Source: Sminthopsis crassicaudata
Lineage: Eukaryota
Assembly (NCBI RefSeq): GCF_048593235.1
Contig: NC_133619.1
Coordinates: 165,678,454-165,742,453, forward strand
Direction: 5' to 3'
DNA: 64,000 bases
Numbering within the stretch: the first letter of the stretch is position 1; each line of letters opens with the position of its first letter. Position numbers and translations under genes: made by a program. The notes beneath the pieces are model-generated. The model worked only from the letters and a program-made list of their open reading frames with translations. It made no database searches and was not told the DNA's origin. Shown here piece after piece: positions 44,835-58,065 of the stretch.

Positions 44835-47800
44835 TTTTTAATTTAATTTTTATTTTATTTTATAATTATAACTTTTTTTTGACAGTACATATGCATGGGT
44901 AATTTTTTACAACATTATCCCTTGCACTTACTTTTATTCAGATTTTTTCCCTTCCTCCCCCAACCCCCTCCCCCAGATGGCAGGCAGTCTTATACATGTT
45001 AAATATATTACAGTATATTCTAGATACAATATATGTGTGTAGAACCGAATTTTTTGTTGCACAGGAAGAATTGGATTCAGAAGGTAAAAATAACAGTTTA
45101 CACTCATTTCCCAGTGTTCCTTTTCTGAGTATAGCTGATTCTGTCCATCATTAATCAATTGGAATTGGATTAGCTCTTCTCTATGTTGAAGATATCCACT
45201 TCCATCAGCATACATCCTCGTACAGTATCATTGTTGAAGTGTATAATGATCTTCTGGTTCTGCTCATTTCACTTAGCATCAGTTGATATAAGTCTCTCCA
45301 GGCCTCTCTGTATTTCTCCTGTTGGTCATTTCTTATAGAACAATAATATTCCATAACATTCATATACCATAATTTACCCAACCATTCTCCAATTGATGGA
45401 CATCCATTCATCTTCCAGCTTCTAGCCACTATGAAAAGGGCTGCCACAAACATTTTGGCACATACAGGTCCCTTTCCCTTCTTTAGTATTTCCTTGGGAT
45501 ATAAGCCCAGTAGTAGTATGGCTGGGTCAAAGGGTATGCACATTTTGATAACTTTTTGGGCATAATTCCAGATTACTCTCCAGAATGGTTGGATTCTTTC
45601 ACAACTCCACCAACAATGCATCAGTGTCCCAGTTTTCCCACAGCCCCTCCAACATTCATCGTTATTTGTTCCTGTCATCTTAGCCAATCTGACAGGTGTG
45701 TAGTAGTGGTATCTCAGAGTTGTCTTAATTTGCATTTCTCTGATCAACAGTGATTTGGAACACTCTTCATATGAATGGAAATAGTTTTAATTTCATCATC
45801 TGAAAATTGTCTGTTCATATCCTTTGACCATTTATCAATTGGAGAATGGCTTGATTTCTTATAAATTAAAGTCAATTCTCTGTATATTTTGGAGATGAGG
45901 CCTTTATCAGAACCTTTAACTGTAAAAATGTTTTCCCAATTTGTTACTTCTCTTCTAATCTTGTTTGCATTAGTTTTGTTTGTGCAGAAACTTTTTAATT
46001 TGGTGTAATCAAAATTTTCTATTTTGTGATCAATAATGGTCTCTAGTTCTCCCTTGGACACAAACTCCTTCCTCCTCCACAAGTCTGAGAGGTAAACCAT
46101 CCCATGTTCCTCCAATTTATTTATGATTTTGTTCTTTATGCCCAAATCTTGGACCCATTTTGATCTAATCTTAGTATGTGGCGTTAAATGTGGATCCATA
46201 TCTAATTTCTGCCATACTAATTTCCAGTTTTCCCAGCAGTTTTTGTCAAATAATGAATTCTTATCCCAAAATTTGAGATCTTTGGGTTTGTCAAAGATTA
46301 GATTGCTATTTTTATTCACTATTTTGCCCTGTGAACCTAACCTATGCCACTGATCAAGTAGTCTATTTCTTAGCCAATACCAAATGGTTTTGGTGACTGT
46401 TGCTTTATAATATAGCTTTAAATCAGGTACACTTAGACCACCTTCCTCTGACTTTTTTTTCATTAGTTCCCTTGCAATTCTCGACCTTTTATTCTTCCAT
46501 ATGAATTTTGTTGTTATTTTTTTCTAGGTCATTAAAATAGTTTCTTGGGAGTCTGATTGGTATAGCACTAAATAAATAGATTAGTTTGGGGAGTATTGTC
46601 ATCTTTATTATATTCGCTCGGCCTATCCAAGAGCACTGAATGTCTTTCCAATTATTTAAATCTGACTTTATTTTTGTGGCAAGTGTTTTGTAATTTTGCT
46701 CATATAATTCCTGACTCTCCTTTGGTAGATATATTCCCAAATATTTTATACTATCGACTGTTATTTTGAATGGAATTTCTCTTTGTATCTCTTGCTGTTG
46801 GATTGTGTTGGTAATGTATAAAAATGCTGAGGATTTATGTGGATTTATTTTGTACCCTGCAACTTTGCTAAAATTCTGAATTATTTCTAATAGCTTTTTA
46901 GCAGAGTCTTTGGGGTTATCTAAGTATACCATCATGTCATCTGCGAAAAGTGATAATTTGATTTCCTCATTTCCTAATCTAATTCCTTGAATCTCTTTCT
47001 CAACTCTTATTGCCGAGGCTAGAGTTTCTAGTACTATATTGAATAGTAATGGTGATAGTGGGCAACCTTGTTTCACTCCTGATCTTACAGGGAAAGGTTC
47101 TAGTTTATCACCATTACATATGATGTGTACTGAAGGTTTTAAATATATGCTCCTTATTATTTTAAGGAATAGTCCATTTATTCCTATACTCTCAAGCGTT
47201 TTTAGTAGGAATGGATGTTGGATTTTATCAAATGCTTTTTCTGCATCTATTGAGATGATCATATGGTTTTTATTAATTTGATTATTAATATGGTCGATTA
47301 TACTAATAGTTTTCCTAATATTAAACCAGTCCTGCATTCCTGGTATAAATCCCACTTGGTCATAGTGTATTATCCTGGGGATGATTTTCTGAAGTCTATT
47401 TGCTAATATCTTATTTAAGATTTTAGCATCAATATTCATTAAAGAAATTGGTCTATAGTTTTCTTTCTCAGTTTTCGATCTACCTGGTTTAGGTATCAGT
47501 ACCATGTCTGTGTCATAGAAGGAATTTGGTAGGACTCCTTCAATCCCTATTTTTTCAAATAGTTTATATAGCATTGGAGTTAGTTGTTCTTTAAATGTTT
47601 GGTAGAATTCACCTGTAAATCCATCTGGTCCTGGGGACTTTTTCTTAGGAAGTTGGTTAATAGCTTGGTCTATTTCTTTTTCTGAGATGGGACTATTTAG
47701 ACTACTTACTTCTTCCTCTGTTAATCTGGGCAAGCTATATTTTTGAAGGTATTCTTCCATTTCATTTAAGTTATCGAATTTATCGGCATAAAGCTGAGCA

Positions 47801-48373
47801 AAGTAGCTCCTAACTATTGTTCTAATTTCCTCTTCATTAGTGGTGAGTTCACCCTTTTCATTTTCAAGACTAACAATTTGCTTTTTCTCTTTCCTTTTTT
47901 TAATCAGGTTTACTAAGGGTTTGTCCATTTTGTTGGTTTTTTCATAAAACCAACTCTTAGTTTTATTAATTAATTCAATAGTTTTTTTACTTTCAATTTT
48001 ATTAATCTCACCTTTTATTTTTTGAATTTCAAGTTTTGTGTTTGTCTGGGGGTTTTTAATTTGCTCCTTTTCTAGCAATTTTAGTTGTAAGCCCAATTCG
48101 TTGGCCCTTTCTTTCTCTATTTTATGCAAGTAGGCCTGTAGAGATATAAAACTTCCCCTTATTACTGCTTTGGCTGTATCCCAGACATTTTGGTATGATG
48201 TCTCATTATTGTCATTTTCTTGGGTGAAGTTATTAATTATGTCTATGATTTGCTGTTTTACCCAATCATTCTTTAGTATAAGATTATTTAGTTTCCAATT
48301 ATTTTTTGGTCTATTTTCCCCTGGCTTTTTATTAAATGTAATTTTGAATTGCATTATGGTCTGAAAAGGATGA
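44835..48373 (-). mobile_element. 5'-truncated L1 (3.5 kb), ORF2 broken into three frames, nested in an L2 remnant
   Basis: RT motifs ([27 protein letters not shown]); begins in the endonuclease end (SDHNAI); 13-bp TSD CTTCTTGTGTTTT at 44822-44834 and 48374-48386; flanks join into an L2-like 3' end. Confidence 0.95.
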
Positions 48374-49784
48374 CTTCTTGTGTTTTAGATACAATGTTAA
48401 GTGTTGAAGATACAAAGGTACCCAGATCTCAAAGAGGTTACAAGCTAATGGGTGGGACAACATGTAAATATGTATAAACAACCTATGTAAATTATAAATA
48501 AGAGTTAAAACATTAGAACTAAGGGAAAGTTTCCTGTGAAAGGTGACATTTTAGCCAGCAGTTGAAAGAAGCCAGGGAAGCCAAAATCTAGAGATAAGAA
48601 GGTAGTGAAATCTATGTACAGGAGATACCAATGAGATGGCATAGAATTTGCTCTACTGTACTATATTATAGTCAGAAGAGATTTTAGGGATTTTCTAATC
48701 TAATCTCAACATTTTACAGATAAGAAACAGGTTTAAAAAGATTAATTAGTTTGTCTAAGGTCATATAGATAGTGATAGTGGTGAGACTTGAAAAAATAAA
48801 AGACGTGTTTAGAGAAAGTCCTAAATCTGGAGCCCCGAGTTCAAACTGTCTCAAGTACTCAGTTGTGCAAGTTTGGGCAAGGTATTTAACTTCCACTTAT
48901 TTCAGTTTCCTCAAATGTAAAATAGGGACAGTGATAGCACCTTTATCACAGAATTGTTACAAGCTCTTAACATAATGATTAACACAGTAGGTACTTAATA
49001 AATGCTTGTTTCCTTTCCTTTCCCTGAATTCTAGTCTAGTGTTCTTTTTACTATACTTAGTTGCCTCTTATTAGGTAGGAAAGTGTGTCAGAATCAAAAG
49101 TCATTGAGCAAGGGGGATTTTATTGACCACATATTTTATGTTGATTATGTTTATTATTGACCACATATCTCTTAAAATTTCTTTGAGACTATTTCCCTCA
49201 ATTCAATTAGTATGTTTAAACTTTTAAAACTAATTCATGAATCCCATTTTACTCTGGTATATTATCTTATCTCTAAAATGCAATTAGTTTAAAGCAAAGG
49301 CTTTAAAGTCAAAATTGATATGGTATAGTAAGACAAATAGCAATATCTCTCCCATAAATCTGGGGATCACTTTTCTATAAATATGTACTGTGTAAATGGA
49401 AAGAGTAGTCACCAAGTTCACCAGTGGAGAGATACATATGTAGATAATATATGTGGTTAAGGCTTATGGAAAAAAAACTACTTATGTCATCAATACTATA
49501 GCATGATAGATATTTTTTCACTGTCCCCACTGACTTTGCCATTTTTGCTGCATGATTGCTTTTGACTATATATCAGCTGTAGTCTATACCAGCTCCAATT
49601 TATGGCTCTGCTGAAATGCTATTCTAGGACTTTTTTTATTTTTTATTTTTTTGAGGCAATCAGATTAAGTGACTTGCCCAGGCCCTCATTTGAACTCAGG
49701 GATTCTATTCACTTCATCACCCAACTATTTCTATTCTCCCAACCTGACAATTCTGATATGAACTTTCTAAAGAACTAGCACCTT

Positions 49785-50590
49785 AAGATGATGGGAAAGA
49801 TAATGATAAATATTGTTGGGGATATGGGGAAAACTGGGACATTAATACATCACTGATAGGATTGTGAAATGATCCATCCATTCTGGAGAGCAACTTGGAA
49901 CTATGCCCAAAGGGTGTCTCTACTGGATCTGTATCCCAAGGAGATCATAAAAGAGGAAAAAGAACCCACACGTGCAAAAATATTTGTGGCAGTTCTTTTT
50001 ATAGTGTCAAGAAACTGGAAATTGAGTGAATGTTCATCAGTTAGGAGGATGGCTGAATAAGTTATGGTATATGAATGTAATGGAATATTATGATTTCATA
50101 AGAAATGATGCGCAGGCTCTTTTCAGAAAAGCCTGGAGTTACAAGAACTGATGCTAAGTGAAGTGAGCAGAACCAAGAGAACATTGCATATGTTAAGATA
50201 TTGCATATGAGGAGATATGGTATGATCAACTGTGATGAACTTGTCTTTTTTCAACAATGAGGTGATTCAAGGAAATACCAATAAACTCATGATGGAAAGT
50301 GCCATCTGCATCCAGAGAGAGAACTATTGAGACTAAATGTGAATCAACGCATAGTTTTTTCACTTTTGTTGTTATTTGTTTTCTTGGGTTTTTTTTCCAT
50401 TCTTGTGCAGGATGATGAATATGGAAATATGGAAAAAGTAGACAAATTGAACATATTTAACCTATATCAGATTGCTAGCTGTCTTAGGATAGGGGAAGAG
50501 GGAGAAAATTTAGAGTATAAGGTTTTGCAAAGGTGAATGTTGAAAATGATTTTTGCATGTATTGGGGAAAATAATATTAATAATAAAAAT
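49785..50590 (+). mobile_element. old degenerate L1 3' fragment
   Basis: HPFWRATWNYAQR...YPKEIIK...ARNWKL-like remnants and L1 3' UTR. Confidence 0.75.
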
Positions 50591-51216
50591 AAAGGGATAG
50601 CACTTATACTTCAATACTAACAGAGACCATGGCTCTGAGGCGTTCTGTCTTCCGAGCAGGACCCCATAATGGTGTCTCATAACTAAATGTGGGGGAATCA
50701 TGAAATTATGACTTATTGATTTGTATAACTATTTTATCTAATATATATTTCTACCTATATATAGATGTAAAAATTTCTTGGGCAAAAAGGGGTCACAAGT
50801 GGTACAAATTTAAGAAGTCCAAGCAACAGTCTTTCTGTTCTCTTTGTTAATCAATCTTAACTTCTCTGCAGTTAGTCTCTTGATTGGACAATGTCATGTG
50901 TTTTCACTACAAATCACCATTACTGAAAAGGTAGAGGAGTGACAAAGATATCTTCTTCCTTTCACCCCTGTACTTTTCTGTATTCTTCTCTTAGTAATTT
51001 TATACCAGGGTTAATTAATCTTTATGTTAATCCTCATTTCTTTACCCCTAGATATTTCCTTACTTCATCAAGATTCCATTTACCCAATGATTTATTGGCC
51101 AAAGGAAAAAAAAAAAAAAAAACCTGCATAGACAGAAAAAAATAAAACTCCATTTGATCAATTAATTCTATTTCTTTTTAAAGGCTTTAAATCCATGTAT
51201 GGATATTCATCCTTTT

Positions 51217-51372
51217 TAGGTAGTACAGTGAATAGAGCACCAGCCCTGAAGTCAGAAAGACCTGAGTTTAAATCTGACCTCTGATACTTAATACTTCCTC
51301 GCTGTGTGACCCCAGGCAAGTCACTTAACTCCAATTGTCTCAGCAAAATAATAATAATAATAATAATAATAA
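51217..51372 (+). mobile_element. CORE SINE with (AAT)n tail
   Basis: tRNA-like head, CORE gctgtgtgaccccaggcaagtcacttaac. Confidence 0.8.
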
Positions 51373-53824
51373 GTCCTTTAGTATTTTGATGAAACAATTC
51401 ATATATTGTTAAATTTCAAGTACTGGTACTTGTATAGGTACAAGAAATGATCCGTGAAGCCTGATGCATACTTCTTTATATAAATTGCCTAACTTATCAA
51501 AATACATATCCATATCCCTCAAATAAATGGTTTGGCTGTAATGCCAACTAGTGAGCTGGTATTACCAGAACCAAAACATTCCAGGATAATAATTCATAGT
51601 CAATAAACATTTATTGTGTACTTTGTATCCCAACAAAAACTTTGTAAATACTATTTAACTCAAATCCTAGCCATATAAGCAAGCAGGTAATGACCACCTA
51701 TTTTTTATAGAGGAAGCTAACAAGCTTTAAGGCTGATAGTTTATGCTGAGGGTAAATTAGTTGCCTTAGGAGTAATGTAAGCTTCTTTCCCATTGTATTC
51801 CAGATGGTTTCTGGCAAATATCTTACCCTGGGTCTTTTGGTGGAGGTTTCTTTCTTCAAATATACTTCTTTCTTTCTCATCCCAGCTAATATTATGTGTC
51901 TATACTTTATCATTTCCAAATAACATGCAGAAAGTGCATGTCTTAGCAAAGAAAAAACAATTCATTGTCCATTTTGCTGTCCCTTAACAATAACTTGTAC
52001 AGCATCATGTTGCTCCTGTTAAGGATATGGAAAGGAAAGTTTTAAAGACCTAAGTAAGGACAGATGGAAGTGTATGCCTTATTTTGCACAATAGATAACA
52101 TTCTAGGAAATTTAATCTTTTAAGTTGAATCATACTTGTACTCTAGGAGTGCATTAAGGAGTGCACTAAAATCTTCTTAAAGTGAAAAATCTTAATTGTG
52201 AATAATACTACAATTTATATTTCATTAAGACAGATTTTCATACAGCAAGTTATAATGTGATAGGAACAATATCCTGATTCTCCAACAAATTTGACTAAAA
52301 AAAAAATCTTGATTGTTTCAGGGGACTGAAGGGTCAGCCTGCTGACATCACTTCATGGTTACCTGAATGCACAGAAGTTACAAAGAGCTCCATAATATTC
52401 TGATGCTTAGTTGGTGGATTACTATGGACAAGCAAGAAAGTTTTAGCTTAGTTGAATCAGCTTGAGATATCCCCAATGTCTATTCTTATTGAATGTCCTT
52501 CTCCTCCTATGGCTAATAAAACTTTTTATTAACTCTTGAATGAACTACAAGTGTTTGAACTATAATTACCAGAGAACTGCTCTGAGTCAGGCCCAACTCA
52601 AAGCAAGTAACAATCCACTGATGCATGTGCCATTGCACATCCTTCCTTGTACAACCTGGGGAGATTTGATTGATTGTCCTTTTGTGGAGATGAAAGGATG
52701 GCTCTGATCTCACAGTCAAGATTATAAGAGGGGGCAAGTCCCATATATCAATTAATATTTTAATTAATTAATTTTAATTAACTAATTCTCAAAGAAGGGA
52801 ATGATCATCCACATTTGAACATCAACCCATTTTTCACAATATCCAATTGTAATAGTCTTCAACTACCCAGGCCCCTGACTTTCTTGCTTATCATTAGTTT
52901 TTCCCTTCTCACTGAGGTCACAGGTTTTACTTGTATGTGTCACTGTTAATAAACTCATCTGGCTTGGAGAACTACCTCACCTTCCCTTTATTGCATTTTG
53001 CTTGCCACACTTTCCTTATTCCTCTCTCCCACTCTATAAATTTCTGTATATTTACTTTACATATTATCATATACCTTGTATAATTTGTGTTTACTTATTT
53101 GACTTCATGCTATTTATGTTACCATTTGCTTATGATATGCTTACTTCTCTCATAATAGAAGGATTGGTGAAATGTATAGAGGGCTGAACTTGGGAATCAG
53201 GAAAGACCCGAGTTTGAATCCTGCCTCTGATCCTTAATAGCTATGGGACCCCTGGAAAATTGCTTAATCTCAGTTTTCACATCTATTATTGTGACTTATG
53301 TTATTGAAATGAGATAACATATGTAAAAGTGCTTTGCAAACCTTAAAGCTCTATGTAAATGTTAGCTGCTAAATACCTCTATGCTAAATTGGGACTATTT
53401 TTTTTTCTCTGCAAAACATGCTTAATAAATACTTGAATGAATGACCCTTCAAATCTCTAAAGACAGCAACTATGTTCCTCCTAAATCTCTAGAATAAATA
53501 TATTTAAATATTTGAGTTGATCTGTATATGACAATTTCATCTTTTCCCTGTTCTGATTATCCTCTTTTAGATAAAGGTCAGCTTGTCAAAACCCTACCTA
53601 CCTAGTGGCATTTATAACTGAAAATTCTTCAAATATGTTTTGACCAATAATCTGTATTCTGGGGATTTGTATTACCTCTCTTGTTTTATTTTAATAATGT
53701 AACCTGATTATATTTTATTTTAATGCACATGATTTATGAGTTTGCAGTTTACTAAAAGCCACAGGATTTTTTTTGTTTGTTTGTTTAGACATATCTTTCC
53801 CATATAGTCCTTATATAATTATTA

Positions 53825-53870
<46 letters not shown>

Positions 53871-53889
53871 ACCTTACACTTTTAATGTT

Positions 53890-54075
53890 TCCCCATCATA
53901 ATTCTAGCTTGCAAAAATCTTTTCAGACCCCAGTTCTGATATCCAATGTATTATCTCTCCCAGTTTCCTATTATCTATAAATTTGAAAAGTCTGCCATCT
54001 ATGGCTTCATTCAAGTTACTGTTAAAAACATTGAAGACAACTTCCAATTTAAGGAGGAGACTCAAACTAAAGATT
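53890..54075 (-). mobile_element. ancient CR1/L3 LINE reverse-transcriptase remnant
   Basis: Minus ORF reads VFNVFNSNLNEAIDGRLFKFIDNRKLG, matching the CR1 RT pattern LFNIFINDL...KFADDTKLG. Confidence 0.6.
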
Positions 54076-54232
54076 CTTTCATCCTTCTCCACGCTGCATT
54101 GCTGACCCATACTCAACATTTTCTCTTTTATGCTGGCATACCTATATACTGGCCACTTTTTCCTCACTTTCCCATTTTCGGCTTCTTTTTACATAATATC
54201 TTCTCCCCATTGGAATGCAAGTTTCTTTAGGA

Positions 54233-54236
<4 letters not shown>

Positions 54237-54312
<76 letters not shown>
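54237..54312. repeat. (CT)n microsatellite, ~38 units
   Basis: Direct reading. Confidence 0.95.
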
Positions 54313-54316
<4 letters not shown>

Positions 54317-54410
54317 AATTTTATAAAAAGTCTACTTTAGCTAATCTTATGTAAGAAAATTAAATATTTATTATAGAAATTTTTATGTCCTTTTATAATA
54401 CAGGACATAA

Positions 54411-55225
54411 CATATGAAAAAGTACTCCAAATTGATCAGAGAAATGCAAATTAAGACAACTCTGAGATACCACTACACACCTGTCAGATTGGCTAAGATG
54501 ACAGGAAAAGATAATGAAAAATGTTGGAGGGGATGTGGAAGAACTGGGACACTAATACATTGGTGGAATTGTGAATGGATCCAACCATTCTGGAAAGCAG
54601 TTTGAAAATATGTTCAAAAAGTTATCAAACTGTGTATACCTTTTGACTTCGCAGTGTTTCTACTGGGCTTATATCCCAAAGAGATCTTAAAAGGACAGAA
54701 AGGGACCCACATGTGCAAAAATGTTTGTGGCAGCCATTTTTGTAGTGGCAAGAAACTGGAAACTGAGTGAATGCCCATCAATTGGAGAATGGCTTAATAA
54801 ACTGTGGTATATGAATGTTATGGAATATTATTGTTCTGTAAGAAATGACCAGCAGGATGATTTCAGAGAAGCCTGGAGAGACTTATATGGACTGATGCCA
54901 AGTGAGATGAGCAGAACCAAGCGATCACTATACATGGCAATAAGAACATTATACAACAATCAATTCTGATGAACACTCTCTTCAAAAAGAAGATGATTCA
55001 AACTAGTGCCAATTGTTCAGTGATGAAGAGAGCCATCTACACCAGAGAGAGAACTGTGCAAACTGAGTGTGGTCCACAACATAGCATTCTCACTTTCTGT
55101 TGTTGTTTGCTTGCATTGTGTTTTCTGTCTCAGTTTTTTTTCTTCCTTCTTGTGCAGCAAGATAACTGTATAAATATGTATACATATATTGGATTTAACA
55201 TATATTTTAACATTTTAAAAAAAGG
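54411..55225 (+). mobile_element. 5'-truncated degenerate L1 3' end
   Basis: [22 protein letters not shown] and FVAAIFVVARNWK...WYMNVMEYY remnants. Confidence 0.85.
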
Positions 55226-55481
55226 AAAATGGAGTTCCTGAAAGGAACAGACCAATATTTGACTCATTTCTTTTTCTTAGCTTAATCTCAGAAGATTATG
55301 TAGGTCATACTGAAAAACATGAGATAAATGGGAAAAAAATTCTAGCTGTTGTCTGACTCAACTGAGTCAGACTTATCAGTGTTAAATCAAGATAATAGGG
55401 TTATGCTTTCAATATTAGTTTAATATAATAATTAATACAGATATTGGATTTTTTGCTCTGCTTAAATAAACATCTCATAGA

Positions 55482-55526
<45 letters not shown>

Positions 55527-56823
55527 AATACAGAATATAAGGTCATCCCTCCTGCAAATTTTAAGTATCTGCCTTTTTGTCCACATTAACCTCACCTGAT
55601 GAATACATGCTCCATGGGATGTCAAAATTTACTTAAAGCCTAAAAATGTCTTAGATAAGAAGTCTGTTTGACTTGGTTAATGCACGAAATTATGACTTTA
55701 ACTAAATTTATTCAACTTTCATGACACCAAAAACAAATAAATAAATAAATAAAAACAACCAGGGATTATGGATCTATCTTCTTTTACTATTATGGCCTAG
55801 GAGGAATGCAAGATTCATTATATAAAAGAATTATTTTTGTCACTGTGACATAATTTTACCTCTAAAAAACTTTTTTAGACTCATAATGGGAGCACAAGTT
55901 TTCTCTGAGGTAAACCAATATTTAAGCATAATAATAAAACCTAATATTTTTTACCTCTTTAATTTCTATGTTGTAAATATATTTTAGCAGCAGTTACTTA
56001 TTTCTTCTGTAACATCTCTACAGAAGCACCCTTATTTCTTTATTTGCATTTTCATTACCACCACCTTAGTTCAGATCCTTTAACTCTTCCTTGTATGACA
56101 AATTGTAAGAATCCTATTTGGTCTGGCTTCTTCCAATGTCTTCTCTCCTCTCTAATTCTTCACACACATTTCTGCAATTTTAAGCCACCCAGTGAAACAC
56201 AATTTATATATTAATTCCTCTCTAAAAATTGCCTAATGCTCAATAAAACCTCTTGAATAAAATTTAAATTATCATGGAATTCAATGGAAAAAATATAAAT
56301 ACTTGTCTTGTACTATTCCTCTTTAATTATGTTTCAGTCTATCATACTCCACATGACAGGAATTCAGTTCCTTCCTCCCTTAACTACTTCTGTGAGAAGC
56401 CTTTGACCACAGTACCTTCTGCTTGAAATATGTTCTCTGCACCTTCATCTGTTGAAATCCTACCCATCCTTTAAGGTAGAATTCAGATGACTTCTCACCA
56501 TTTCCTTATTCTAAAGCAATTTCTTTTCTGAGACTTTCTTATGCACTTGTATTTTAATTTATTCATTTTTATGTGCCTCACCTTTCCTGTTAGATTGTAA
56601 GCTCCTTGATGACAATGTTAATATTTTATTAATCCTTCCATTTTCATCAGAATCTAGTATGATACTCTGACCCATAGTAGGTGTGTGATAAATTTGTGTT
56701 GAATTTAATTAATTTGACATAAAAAAGTGGAATTAGACTTAATTTAGCTAATATGTTGCTTAAGACAATAGTACATGTGGTTGTCTAAAATTTAGTGATT
56801 ACTCTGAACAATACATCATTTTA

Positions 56824-56969
56824 TTTATTCATTTTTGAGGCTGGGGTTAAGTGACTTGCCCAGGGTCACATAGCTAGGAAGTGTTAAGTGTCTGAGACAG
56901 ATTTGAACTCGGGTCCTCCTGAATTCAAGACTGGTGCTCTATCCACTGTGCCACCTAGCTACCCCTCTA
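56824..56969 (-). mobile_element. CORE SINE with TSD
   Basis: Reverse SINE; 14-bp TSD AATACATCATTTTA at 56810-56823 and 56970-56983. Confidence 0.9.
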
Positions 56970-57032
56970 AATACATCATTTTAAATCAAAATGTCAACAA
57001 GGTTTTTTTTTTTTCTGCAAAAGACCATATAC

Positions 57033-57038
57033 TTTATT
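57033..57038 (-). terminator. candidate LIG4 polyadenylation signal
   Basis: AATAAA on the minus strand ~1.0 kb after the stop, at the end of an AT-rich, repeat-free 3' UTR-like stretch. Confidence 0.45.
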
Positions 57039-58065
57039 TAAATAAATACAACAAAAGCATATGACATCATTATTTCTAAAATATTTATGAGATGTTTATC
57101 ATTACCATCTGTACTGATTTTTAAATTGCATTTCCATCTTGTGATGAAAAAGCAGACTTTGCAAAACATTCAAAGATATTTAAAACAGTGTTCAGTCTCC
57201 CAAAATTGGTTATATAATTTAAAATATAATAAATAATACAATAATCTCCTTATAAAGTTCAAATATGAATGTTTTTAAAACAAAATGACAAAATAGCTTA
57301 TTTTGCTATAAAATGTAATACAAGTTTTTAATCTGATAATTCTGATTAATGCAGATAAAAATATCTTCTTAAAAACATAAGAAACAAAACTTTTGTTTAA
57401 AATTACAGATGTTTAATTTTATTATATCTAGATCCCAACTTTAATTATCCAAAATATTAAAGCTAACTCAGCTCTTTCTACTCTACCTAAAGCTTGGTGT
57501 CAACTTCTTAATGTAATGTACTGTCAACTTAAAATTAATGCCTATAGTTGGATATTATATTCTTATTGTAAGAAAGAATCCATGACCATCAACTAAGAAT
57601 TAAGAAAATCTGTAGTATTATATTCTTTCGTGTGTGAGATATATGCTAGTTCCAAAAGTGTATTTAAAAGCATAAAATAAAAAAGATACTTGTCATTTAC
57701 TTAGCAGCTATTATTTAAAATGTCATCTATTATTTCAGATATTTGAAAACATATTTTATTGCTACATAATTAAACTTCTAGTTCTCTTGAATTATGGTCT
57801 GTAATCATCTTTAACAAGCAGTAATTATTTTGTTTTGATCATAAAAATCACTAAATGCTAATTTGCTGAAGATATTTATTCCTTCATCGTTTAATCATCC
57901 AGTTACCTTTCAATTTCTGAAAAAATTTCTGCTACATCTATTAATGCTCTGTAAGTACAGGTTTTGAACTTGTAAACATTAAAGATACATTGAATAAGCT
58001 AGCTACACCTACCTCAGTGAATCCTCTTGGGCAAAATGAAGGGCTTTGCTTATCAGGAAAACATT

